Assembly: GCA_963846065.1 (NCBI GenBank)
Contig: CAWJUP010000017.1
Location: 82,048-106,047 of the forward strand
Source: an uncultured Verrucomicrobiae bacterium
Lineage (GTDB): Bacteria; Verrucomicrobiota; Verrucomicrobiia; Chthoniobacterales; UBA10450
Reading direction: 5' to 3'
Length of the DNA stretch: 24,000 nt
Shown here: piece after piece, positions 1 through 7,455 of the stretch
Layout: each line of letters opens with the position of its first letter
Position numbering within the stretch: the first letter of the stretch is position 1
Made by a program: the position numbers and the translations under genes
The notes under the pieces: generated by a model
What the model saw: only the letters and a program-made list of their open reading frames with translations
Told to the model about the DNA's origin: nothing
Database searches by the model: none

Positions 1-856
1 CCGCCATGTTGGCTTGCGCGCCGCTGTGTGGCTGAACGTTCACATGTTCGGCGCCGAACAGCCGCAAGGCGCGGTCGATCGCAAGTTGTTCGACCGTGTC
101 GACGTTCTCGCAACCGCCATACCAGCGCTTCTTCGGATAACCTTCGGCGTACTTATTCGTGAGGCAGGATCCCTGCGCCTCCATGACCGCGCGGCTGGTG
201 AAATTCTCGGACGCGATCAGTTCGATATTTTCGCGTTGCCGCTTTTCCTCGGCCTGAATCGCGTCGAAGACTTCCGGGTCGACTTTGCGCAGACCAGGCG
301 GTTCGGAATGACCTGGCGGATTCGAGGATGGTTCGCCGTGAAAAGGTGGATCGCTCATGAAGTAGGACGGATGGCCGGGACGAGAAGTGGGCGCCAGTTC
401 GCTTTGTTCTACGAAGGCCAGCACACTCGGTAAAGCGTTTTTGATGGTGCGAGCGCATTCTTCATAAACGTTACGACCTAAGCCGATCGGATCGGGCACA
501 TCGCGCCAGACGGTCGCGCCCGGTTCCTCGAACTCGCGCAAGAGAAAGGTTTTTTCAATGCCATGCGGAAAGAGAAGGTGGATTGTTTCCAGATGGGCCC
601 CGGTCATTGCGAAAATGTGCGTCGCGCGCTCGACCAGATCGGCGGTTAGCGGTTGGCTTCGTTGCTCGCTAATATCGACGCCCTGGTTTTCGCAGACCTC
701 AACCGCATAGAGACTGGGGGGTTGTCCTTTGACCGCGTGGACACCGGCGGAGGCCACCTCGATGTCGTTCCGATGGCCGAGCAGGGATCGAAACAGGCCC
801 TCGGCGATCGGGCTTCGGCAAATGTTACCGGTACAAACAAAGAGAACGTTTTTCAC
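1..856 (-). CDS. glyA: One uninterrupted ORF, 3' end beyond the window. It has an N-terminal low-molecular-weight protein phosphatase domain (856 to about 410) and a P/S/G/H-rich linker, then serine hydroxymethyltransferase (an internal ATG at 358 could be an independent glyA start).
   Basis: Minus-strand translation from GTG 854-856 reads [22 protein letters not shown]...DVPDPIG, which contains the C-X5-R-S P-loop and the DP motif of LMW-PTPs. I found no stop codon reading codon by codon from 856 down to position 1. From 358 it reads [87 protein letters not shown], a typical SHMT N-terminus. The first in-frame upstream stop is TGA at 911-913. This ORF is absent from the supplied track because it runs off the window edge. 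Confidence 0.85.
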   Translation of the reverse strand, partial: MKNVLFVCTGNICRSPIAEGLFRSLLGHRNDIEVASAGVHAVKGQPPSLYAVEVCENQGVDISEQRSQPLTADLVERATHIFAMTGAHLETIHLLFPHGIEKTFLLREFEEPGATVWRDVPDPIGLGRNVYEECARTIKNALPSVLAFVEQSELAPTSRPGHPSYFMSDPPFHGEPSSNPPGHSEPPGLRKVDPEVFDAIQAEEKRQRENIELIASENFTSRAVMEAQGSCLTNKYAEGYPKKRWYGGCENVDTVEQLAIDRALRLFGAEHVNVQPHSGAQANMA

Positions 857-987
857 GGGTCGCGAGGCGCGAGCGGGCGCGAAAGCAAGGTAAGATTGAA
901 GTAGATCAAGTCAATCTGGTGAAGCTCGCAGAGAAGATGGAAATAGTGGGACGCGACAGAGTGCGTGCCTCCAATTAGAATGCGCGG

Positions 988-1968
988 ATGCGTTCGTTAT
1001 GGAAACGCTTTCGTTATCGACTGGAGTGGTTAGGCATGCTCCTGGCCGCCAGGCTTATTCCTTTGCTCTCGCGGCGAACCTGTTTTCGATTCGCGTTATT
1101 TGCGGGAAGCTTGATCTCCATCCTTGACCGACGTGCCAGGGCGGTGGCGTTGGCCAATCTGGAAGCCGCGTTCGGAGACCAGTTATCTGAACCGGAACGA
1201 CGGAAGATTGTCCGTGAATCGTTTCAGAATTTTGCGCGAAGCATGCTCGATCTGCTGTGGAGCCCGCGGATCAACCGCGAAAATTGGTCCAAGTATATCG
1301 AATTGGAGAATTTTGAAGAACTCGTTCGAGCGGCCGGGCCCGATCGAAGCGTAATGGTGGCTTGTTATCACTATAGTAACTTCGAATGGCTCAGCCTGGC
1401 CTGCGGTTATCTGGGTTTCGCCGGCACGATCATATCCCAGGAGTTCAAAAACTCGCTGCTGGATCCCATTTTCAAAAACTTGCGCGAACAGTCGGGTCAC
1501 GAACTGGTTCCGCGAGAACGTGGGATCGTTCGGCTTTACAAAGCGCTTCGCCGGAAAGGACGGACGGCGTTGTTGGTCGATCTCACGGTCCCACCCACTC
1601 AAGGAGCAGTCGCCATCGATTGTCTTGATTTAAAAGCCAGCGTGACTTCTGCTCACGCCTGGCTGCAAAAACAGACCGGCGTTCCGATTGTGCCGGCCCA
1701 CTGCGAACCGCTTCCTCAAGGCCGGTATCGCCTCGTTTTCCATTCCGCGATCAGCCGGGACAAAGAAATGAGCGATCGCCACATTGCTCAGGCTTGCTGG
1801 GATTCGTTCGAACCCTACCTGCGCAAAAATCCATCGCCGTGGCTGTGGATGTACAAGCATTGGCGTTACAAACCCACGCAGGCCGATCGGCCGTATCCAT
1901 TTTACGCCCAGAGCTGGCGGAAGTTCGATAAGTTACTGGAAGAGAACGGCGGCGGCGCGAACCAGTGA
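988..1968 (+). CDS. Lipid A biosynthesis (Kdo2-lipid IVA) acyltransferase, LpxL/HtrB family
   Basis: 326-aa ORF with an N-terminal membrane anchor and the H-x4-E acyltransferase motif (CYHYSNFEW). The overall layout is typical of the lauroyl/myristoyl acyltransferase family. Confidence 0.75.
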   Translation: MRSLWKRFRYRLEWLGMLLAARLIPLLSRRTCFRFALFAGSLISILDRRARAVALANLEAAFGDQLSEPERRKIVRESFQNFARSMLDLLWSPRINRENWSKYIELENFEELVRAAGPDRSVMVACYHYSNFEWLSLACGYLGFAGTIISQEFKNSLLDPIFKNLREQSGHELVPRERGIVRLYKALRRKGRTALLVDLTVPPTQGAVAIDCLDLKASVTSAHAWLQKQTGVPIVPAHCEPLPQGRYRLVFHSAISRDKEMSDRHIAQACWDSFEPYLRKNPSPWLWMYKHWRYKPTQADRPYPFYAQSWRKFDKLLEENGGGANQ

Positions 1969-2011
1969 ATCACTCCGGTTGACAAACCACGCCGCTCATC
2001 CAATTACACTT

Positions 2012-2677
2012 ATGCGCTCTTTGCCCCGTAATCTCCTTCTCGTTGGTGTAGCCATGCTGATGCTGACCGGTTGCGAAACAGGACGAATGCTCACCGGCGG
2101 ATTTGGCGGTCCCTACCACGTCACGGCCTACAAACCGAACGATCCATCAAAGGTGCGCGTCCGAGTTTCGTTGTCGCAACAGAATGTTTACGTGATGGAA
2201 GGCGATCACTGCTTGATGGCGGTGGCGTGTTCCGTCGGACTGGCGAACAAACCTACGCCACGGGGCAGTTTCACGATTTATTCCAAGCAGGAACATAAAC
2301 GCTCCGGTTCATACGGATTCAGCGTGAGCGGTAACAGCGTGACGCCGGCTACATCCGGCAGCGCTCACGGACGCTACGTGGGATATCCGATGGGTTATTG
2401 GTGCGAATTTGCGCCCGGTTACGGATTTCATCAGGGATATGTTCATCCCGTTCCGCGGACGCACGGTTGCATCCGGTTGAAGGGAGAGGCGGCCGCCAAG
2501 TTCTTTGCCTTGGTGCGAATCGGGACGCCGGTCAATATTGCTTCGTCGCAACCGGAAGACTCGACTGTGGGAAAGACTGTCCAGCGCGTGGACGATTCAC
2601 ACACGCCGGATCCCGATCCTCATATCATGATTAGCGATGCGGCATTCCAAAGCCCAAGCGGCCCGCTGCTCCAATAA
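2012..2677 (+). CDS. L,D-transpeptidase (YkuD domain) lipoprotein
   Basis: I take the internal ATG at 2012 of ORF 1784..2677 as the start, because the upstream part overlaps the acyltransferase gene. The signal peptide carries a lipobox (MLMLTGC), and the catalytic HGC motif is present in PRTHGCIRL. Confidence 0.8.
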   Translation: MRSLPRNLLLVGVAMLMLTGCETGRMLTGGFGGPYHVTAYKPNDPSKVRVRVSLSQQNVYVMEGDHCLMAVACSVGLANKPTPRGSFTIYSKQEHKRSGSYGFSVSGNSVTPATSGSAHGRYVGYPMGYWCEFAPGYGFHQGYVHPVPRTHGCIRLKGEAAAKFFALVRIGTPVNIASSQPEDSTVGKTVQRVDDSHTPDPDPHIMISDAAFQSPSGPLLQ

Positions 2678-2762
2678 AAGGTCCGACCGACCCGGCATCG
2701 TTCGCGTTGGCAAACTTGGCAAGTTAGGCGAGATTAGCGAACGCGGTTAGCGCCGCGTCGTT

Positions 2763-4001
2763 ATGAGTACCAACCTGATTTCCAGCGGCACGACGGCCCG
2801 CGAGAAGATGAACCTGCGCACGCCCGACGTGATGGCGGCGGTGCAGGAACAGGTCGAAGCGCATTATCGAAGCGACATTGTCGATAAGATTCGGCGCGAA
2901 GGCGGCCTGATCACCGTCGGCAACACGACCGTCCGTCTGGCCAAGCAGTTTGGCTTTTGTTATGGCGTCGAACGCGCAATCGATTTGGCCTACGCGGCGC
3001 GCAAGGTTTTCAAGGATCGCCGTCTCTTTATTGTCGGCGAGATCATTCACAATCCCGAGGTCAATCATCAGATCGCGTCGTTAGGCATCAAAAATCTGAC
3101 GGGAACGAATAAGCAGGCGGAAATTTCCGATCTCCAGCCGGAGGACATCGTTATTGTTCCGGCGTTCGGGACCGAGCTATCGATGCTGCAACAGATCAAG
3201 GAGCGCGGTTGCCAGATCGTGGACACGACCTGTGGCGACGTCATGAGTGTCTGGAAGCGGGTTCGCAAATATGCCAGCGAATCAGTCACCTCAATTATCC
3301 ACGGCAAAGCCGAGCACGAAGAAACCAAAGCAACGAGCTCGCGAGCCTTGGGCGACGGTAATGGTCATTATTTGGTGGTTCTGACGCTGGCGGACACGGA
3401 TTACGTTTGTCATTACATTCGCAACGGCGGGAACAAAGAAGAGTTCCTGGAGAAATTCCGGGGCGGTTATTCTCCAGGGTTCGATCCCGATGTGCATCTC
3501 AAAACGGTCGGCGTCGCGAATCAAACGACGATGTTGCGCGGCGAAACCGAGGAAGTTCAGCGAAGAGTTCGTCAGGCCATTGTCGACCGCGACAGCGAGG
3601 AAGTGGCGGCAAAAAATTTCCGTTTTTTTGATACGATTTGTGGCGCGACCCAGGAACGACAGGATGCGCTGCGCGAATTGTTAAACGAGACGATGGATTT
3701 GTTGCTGGTGGTCGGCGGATACAATAGCTCAAACACCTCGCATCTGGCGGAAATGGGCGAGGAGCGATTGCCGACCTATTTCGTGCTCAATGCTTCGCGT
3801 CTCGTTTCCCAGACGGAAATCAAACATTACGATCTCCATGAGAAGCGCGAAGTGGTTTCGCATTTCTGGCTGCCACCGGGCAAAGCCGTCATCGGCATCA
3901 CGGCGGGTGCCTCCTGCCCAAACAACCTGATTGAAGAGACACTCATTCGGCTGTTTGAATTGCGCGGAATTCCCCGCGAGCAACTCGAGCTCGCCGCGTA
4001 G
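2763..4001 (+). CDS. ispH: 4-hydroxy-3-methylbut-2-enyl diphosphate reductase (long-form IspH/LytB)
   Basis: 412-aa ORF carrying FGFCYGVERAI, GEIIHNPEV, VDTTCG and TAGASCPN, the three Cys-containing IspH motifs. Confidence 0.9.
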   Translation: MSTNLISSGTTAREKMNLRTPDVMAAVQEQVEAHYRSDIVDKIRREGGLITVGNTTVRLAKQFGFCYGVERAIDLAYAARKVFKDRRLFIVGEIIHNPEVNHQIASLGIKNLTGTNKQAEISDLQPEDIVIVPAFGTELSMLQQIKERGCQIVDTTCGDVMSVWKRVRKYASESVTSIIHGKAEHEETKATSSRALGDGNGHYLVVLTLADTDYVCHYIRNGGNKEEFLEKFRGGYSPGFDPDVHLKTVGVANQTTMLRGETEEVQRRVRQAIVDRDSEEVAAKNFRFFDTICGATQERQDALRELLNETMDLLLVVGGYNSSNTSHLAEMGEERLPTYFVLNASRLVSQTEIKHYDLHEKREVVSHFWLPPGKAVIGITAGASCPNNLIEETLIRLFELRGIPREQLELAA

Positions 4002-4037
4002 CGAAAGGACGCGCTTCGTCGATCGCTTATACAACGC

Positions 4038-4138
4038 GGCTCGACAGAGTCTCGCCCCACCAAATTTCTGTGGCGGCTACAACATTCCGCGTGATGCCGC
4101 AACTTTTGTGGTGGCAGCCGTGTCGGCTGCGGACCCGC
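4038..4138 (+). repeat. Repeat module Y, copy 1 (101 nt)
   Basis: 98/101 identical to 4244..4344. Contains the hairpin GCAGCCG-TGT-CGGCTGC (4114..4130). Confidence 0.95.
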
Positions 4139-4141
4139 CGG

Positions 4142-4208
4142 TTTTGAAATGCCGGCGCGCAGAAGCACGCCGCTCCTTGGTTTGCCGATTTCAGTTCGGC
4201 GTTTGACA
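4142..4208 (+). repeat. Repeat module Z, copy 1 (67 nt)
   Basis: 66/67 identical to 4424..4490. The ends are imperfectly inverted: TGAAATGCCGGC ... GCCGATTTCA. Confidence 0.95.
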
Positions 4209-4243
4209 TCCCGCCGTGGCGGGACCGCTACAACTCGCCAACC

Positions 4244-4344
4244 GGCTCGACAGAGTCTCGCCCCACCGAATTTCTGTGGCGGCTACAACATTCCACGTAA
4301 TGCCGCAACTTTTGTGGTGGCAGCCGTGTCGGCTGCGGACCCGC
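4244..4344 (+). repeat. Repeat module Y, copy 2 (101 nt)
   Basis: 98/101 identical to 4038..4138. The three differences are A/G at 4062 vs 4268 and two in CCGCGTG vs CCACGTA. Confidence 0.95.
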
Positions 4345-4423
4345 GTCGTCGATCGCTTATATAACGCGGCTCGACAGAGTCTCGCCCCTGTCCTTCAAGG
4401 AGCGGCGACTTTCCAGTCGCCGT

Positions 4424-4490
4424 TTTTGAAATGCCGGCGCGCAGAAGCACGCCGCTCCTTGGTTTGCCGATTTCAGTTCGGTGTTTGACA
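4424..4490 (+). repeat. Repeat module Z, copy 2 (67 nt)
   Basis: 66/67 identical to 4142..4208. It is followed by the perfect hairpin CGGTGTTTG-ACA-CAAACACCG (4479..4499). Confidence 0.95.
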
Positions 4491-4639
4491 CAAACACCGC
4501 TACAACTCGCCAACCGGCTCGACAGAGTCTCGCCCCACCGAATTTCTGTGGCGCGTTTCGCGCGGTGTTTTACGCGCTGACGGCGGAGCGCCCTCCGGTC
4601 CACACGCAAGCTGCATGTTTCATGCGAAGTACTAGCAGT

Positions 4640-5485
4640 ATGGCACGCGCAATTTGGAAGGGCAGTATCAGTTTCGGCTTGGTCAATATTCCGATCGCCT
4701 TGTATCCGGCGACCCGTCGCGATGAGCTCAGATTTCGGCTTTTGCGAAAATCGGATTTGAGTCCGGTTAATTACAAACGCGTGGCGGAAAAGGACGGTAA
4801 AGAAGTTCCGTGGGAGCAGATCGTGAAGGGATACGAGTATGAGAAAGGCAAATATATCGTTTTGAAAGACGAAGATTTTCAACGTGTCGATCTGGAGGCG
4901 ACACAGACGGTGGACATCCAGGATTTTGTCGAAGTGGAGGACATTGACCCGATGTATTTTTACAAACCGTATTACCTGGAGCCGCAAAAAGGAGGCGACA
5001 AAGCATACGCATTGCTGCGCGATTCACTGAAAGAGAGCAAGAAGGTTGGAATCGCCAAGGTGGTGATCAAAACGAGGCAATATTTAGCCGGGGTGAAACC
5101 GGACGCGGGCGCCCTGGTGCTCGAATTGATGCATTTTGCCGATGAATTGGCCGATCCGGAGAAATTGCATATCCCGAAGAAGACCGAAGTGGGCAAACGA
5201 GAAATGACGATGGCCAAATCGCTGATCGACAGCATGAGTGCCGAATGGAATCCCGAGAAATATAAAGACGATTACAAGGAAGCGTTAATGGACGTTATCG
5301 AAGACAAGGTCGAGCACGGCGGTGAAGCGATCGAACACAAACCGAAGAAGGCCGCGGCGCGGACTAAAGTAATCGATCTGGTCGAGGTGTTGAAAAAAAG
5401 CCTGGAACATGCCGAACGTCCGCATCGTGAAAAAAAAGCGAAGCACGTCACCAAATCTTCGCATCGGCACAAGAAGGCAGCCTAG
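4640..5485 (+). CDS. ku: Ku protein (bacterial non-homologous end-joining DNA-end binding protein)
   Basis: I take the internal ATG at 4640 of ORF 4481..5485 as the start, since the upstream part translates repeat DNA. The protein reads MARAIWKGSISFGLVNIPIALYPATRRDELRFRLL...YFYKPYYLEPQKGGDKAYALL, with a lysine-rich basic C-terminal tail typical of bacterial Ku. Confidence 0.9.
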   Translation: MARAIWKGSISFGLVNIPIALYPATRRDELRFRLLRKSDLSPVNYKRVAEKDGKEVPWEQIVKGYEYEKGKYIVLKDEDFQRVDLEATQTVDIQDFVEVEDIDPMYFYKPYYLEPQKGGDKAYALLRDSLKESKKVGIAKVVIKTRQYLAGVKPDAGALVLELMHFADELADPEKLHIPKKTEVGKREMTMAKSLIDSMSAEWNPEKYKDDYKEALMDVIEDKVEHGGEAIEHKPKKAAARTKVIDLVEVLKKSLEHAERPHREKKAKHVTKSSHRHKKAA

Positions 5486-5568
5486 TGCCACTGAATGGCT
5501 TCGCGAATGAGTGATCGAGCGATTTGACTTGGCGAAAGCCTCGCCCTCGGGCACCCTTCCCGGTTACT

Positions 5569-5979
5569 ATGAACTTAGGTCGCTACGCGGATCCGGTTTA
5601 CTGCATCACTCGTTTACTGGTTGGGCTGATGTTCGCCGAGCACGGCGGGCAAAAGATTTTCGGTTTTCCTCCAGGAGGCCATGGCATGCCCCCTGGACCG
5701 CTCGGTCCGCTGGGAGCATGGATCGAGCTAGTGTGCGGAATTCTTGTTGCGATCGGACTGTTGACTCGACTCGCTGCATTTATCGCCAGCGGCGAGATGG
5801 CAGTAGCTTACTTTATGATCCACGCCAAGATGGGATTTTTCCCGATCGTTAATCACGGAGAGCCGGCCGTCTTTTACTGCTGGTTCTTCTTTTTTGCGAT
5901 CTTCTACGGACCGGGTCGATGGGCAGTTGATTCTTTAATCCGGAAAAATGCGCCGGCGGTGGCCACCCACTCGGCTTAG
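5569..5979 (+). CDS. DoxX family membrane protein
   Basis: Start taken at MNLGRY (5569) within ORF 5524..5979. It has four hydrophobic segments and the DoxX-like RLLVGLMFAEHGGQKIFGF motif. Confidence 0.7.
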   Translation: MNLGRYADPVYCITRLLVGLMFAEHGGQKIFGFPPGGHGMPPGPLGPLGAWIELVCGILVAIGLLTRLAAFIASGEMAVAYFMIHAKMGFFPIVNHGEPAVFYCWFFFFAIFYGPGRWAVDSLIRKNAPAVATHSA

Positions 5980-6003
5980 TTGCCGACGAGAGCGTAGTCA
6001 GGG

Positions 6004-6029
6004 CGCTGGAATCCTTCCGGCGATTTTCC
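6004..6029 (+). terminator. Candidate intrinsic terminator after the DoxX gene
   Basis: Stem CGCTGGAA / TTCCGGCG (8 bp including one U-G wobble), loop TCC, followed by ATTTTCC. Confidence 0.4.
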
Positions 6030-6057
6030 TGATTCAAATCGAAAACGCATCACCGCC

Positions 6058-6849
6058 ATGAAACAAATCATTCCCGTGTGCGCTCTTCTTCTGGTGGGCG
6101 GCGTCATTTTGGCTGAGGCGGTTAAAGATTTCGGAAGAGATCGGCTGAACAGCTCGCCGCGACACGCGGATTGGGTCGACCTGAAGTCTGGCGATCGCAC
6201 GATCAAGGCCTTCGTTGTTTATCCCGAGCGGAAAGATAAAGCGCCGGTTGTCCTAGTCGTCAGCGAGATTTTTGGTCTAACCGATTGGGTGCGAAGTCTG
6301 TGCGATGAACTGGCTGAAAGCGGCGTCATCGCGATCGCGCCGGATCTTCACGGCGGGCAAAAATTCGAGGATCTCGACGCGGCGCGCAAGGCGACCTCGG
6401 CATTGCCTGCGCCACAGGTTAAATCGGATCTGGACGCGGCAGCGGATTATGCGTTAACGAAAATTCCAGCCGCCAACGGGACGATTGCGATCGGCGGATT
6501 CTGCTGGGGCGGGGGAGTGGCTTTCAACTACGCGAATCAAAACCCCAAACTGAAAGCCGCGTATTCGTTTTACGGTGTGGCGCCCGATTCTCCGGAGAAG
6601 GTCCAGAATATTGCGTGTCCCGTTTACGGTTTCTACGGGGAGAACGATGAGCGAGTGAACGCCACGATTGCCAAGGGGGAGGAATTGATGAAAGCGGCCG
6701 GGAAAAAATACGAACCGGTCATTTATAAAGGCGCCGGCCACGGTTTCATGCGTTCCGGCGAGCCTAACAACCCTGAGAAACGCGATCCGGACGTCAACGC
6801 TCGCAATCAGGCTTGGGAGCGGTGGAAGATTTTGCTAAAGCAATTGTGA
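6058..6849 (+). CDS. Dienelactone hydrolase family protein, secreted
   Basis: 263-aa ORF with an N-terminal signal peptide (MKQIIPVCALLLVGGVILAEA). It carries the nucleophile-elbow region GGFCWGGGVAF and GAGHGF near the C-terminus, typical of DLH-type alpha/beta hydrolases. Confidence 0.8.
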   Translation: MKQIIPVCALLLVGGVILAEAVKDFGRDRLNSSPRHADWVDLKSGDRTIKAFVVYPERKDKAPVVLVVSEIFGLTDWVRSLCDELAESGVIAIAPDLHGGQKFEDLDAARKATSALPAPQVKSDLDAAADYALTKIPAANGTIAIGGFCWGGGVAFNYANQNPKLKAAYSFYGVAPDSPEKVQNIACPVYGFYGENDERVNATIAKGEELMKAAGKKYEPVIYKGAGHGFMRSGEPNNPEKRDPDVNARNQAWERWKILLKQL

Positions 6850-6916
6850 TTTCCAGCTCGGGCGACAAAATAATTTCGGCATTTCAGTTTTGCCGCATTT
6901 CAGCTTTTCTTGTCCG

Positions 6917-7411
6917 ATGAAGTGGGAAGCGATCAACGCGATCTCGCAATTAGTCAGCTCGATTGCGGTCGTCGTCTCACTGCTCTATCTCGCTTTACAA
7001 GTTCACCGCAGCACGCGCATCGCGAAAATTGCCGCGCAAGATTCGGCCGCCACCGCCTTGCGCGACGTCACCAAACCATTCATGGAGGACGCCGAAGTGA
7101 GCCGGATCTGGGGAACGGGTCTGATTAACTTCAAACAACTTTCGCCTGCGGATCAAGCCAGGTTTTTCCATGCCGCTTACCAGTTTCTGAAAGCATTCGA
7201 GACAATTCATTTTCATTACGTCAACGGTTTGCTTGACCTGCAACTTTGGAATGGATGGCACGAACTTTTGCGTCACTACATCGTGACGCCCGGGCTGGGC
7301 GAATACTGGAGTAAACGTAAAAGTGTTTTCTCCGGACGCTTCGCGGAATTCGTCGATCATCTCCCGAAACCGACCGACCCCTTCACGGTCGGCTCATTGG
7401 TCGCGCAGTAA
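6917..7411 (+). CDS. Hypothetical protein with a single N-terminal transmembrane anchor
   Basis: Start taken at ATG 6917 (MKWEAINAISQLVSSIAVVVSLLYLALQVHRSTR). It has one TM helix followed by a helical soluble domain. I recognise no family with certainty. Confidence 0.6.
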   Translation: MKWEAINAISQLVSSIAVVVSLLYLALQVHRSTRIAKIAAQDSAATALRDVTKPFMEDAEVSRIWGTGLINFKQLSPADQARFFHAAYQFLKAFETIHFHYVNGLLDLQLWNGWHELLRHYIVTPGLGEYWSKRKSVFSGRFAEFVDHLPKPTDPFTVGSLVAQ

Positions 7412-7455
7412 AAGCGCGGATTGACATTCCAGAACGCGTTTGATGCGCTGGGCGC

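Larger units (their letters stand above)
4016..4563. repeat. Mosaic cluster of GC-rich, hairpin-forming repeat modules (BIME/REP-like) filling the ispH-ku intergenic region
   Basis: The core GGCTCGACAGAGTCTCGCCCC occurs 4 times, at 4038, 4244, 4368 and 4516. There are two 101-nt copies, two 67-nt copies, two 43-nt copies and two 57-nt copies, combined in different orders. Several short perfect hairpins are also present. Confidence 0.9.

Noticed and set aside
14-458. ORFs 14..433 (+) and 153..458 (-) from the track.
   Set aside because: Both overlap the glyA/phosphatase frame, which has strong motif support. They are alternative-frame artefacts.
948-972. GGGACGCGACAGAGTGCGTGCCTCC in the phosphatase/acyltransferase divergent region shares the 9-nt core CGACAGAGT with repeat module Y.
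   Set aside because: The exact match is only 9 nt and the flanks differ, which is too short to claim family membership without genome-wide data.
1784-2011. N-terminal extensions of track ORFs: the transpeptidase here, and likewise 13268..13414 (AKR), 10469..10687 (DUF885), 16847..17056 (purF), 4481..4639 (ku) and 20362..20445.
   Set aside because: The extensions overlap neighbouring genes or repeats and lack family similarity. Internal starts give canonical N-termini or signal peptides.
2707-2722. Direct heptamer repeat TTGGCAA-AC-TTGGCAA upstream of ispH, considered as a sigma-54 (-24/-12) promoter.
   Set aside because: The GG to GC spacing is 2 nt shorter than the TGGCAC-N5-TTGCW consensus, so it does not fit. 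It may still be a binding site, but I cannot support that.
3931-4488. Three overlapping plus-strand ORFs (3931..4206, 4149..4364, 4216..4488) with recurring peptides such as ARQSLAPPNFCGGYNIPR.
   Set aside because: They are simply translations of the repeat modules in different frames. They have no start context, they overlap one another, and the recurrence is explained at the DNA level.
4016-4563. Possible CRISPR array, given the many repeats in an intergenic region.
   Set aside because: The repeats are of several different lengths (43-101 nt), are mosaic rather than a single unit, and are not separated by unique spacers of uniform size. No cas genes lie nearby.
4283-4987. 234-aa minus-strand ORF spanning the repeats and the 5' part of ku.
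   Set aside because: It is antisense to the well-supported ku gene and to repeat DNA, and its translation is low-complexity with no motifs.
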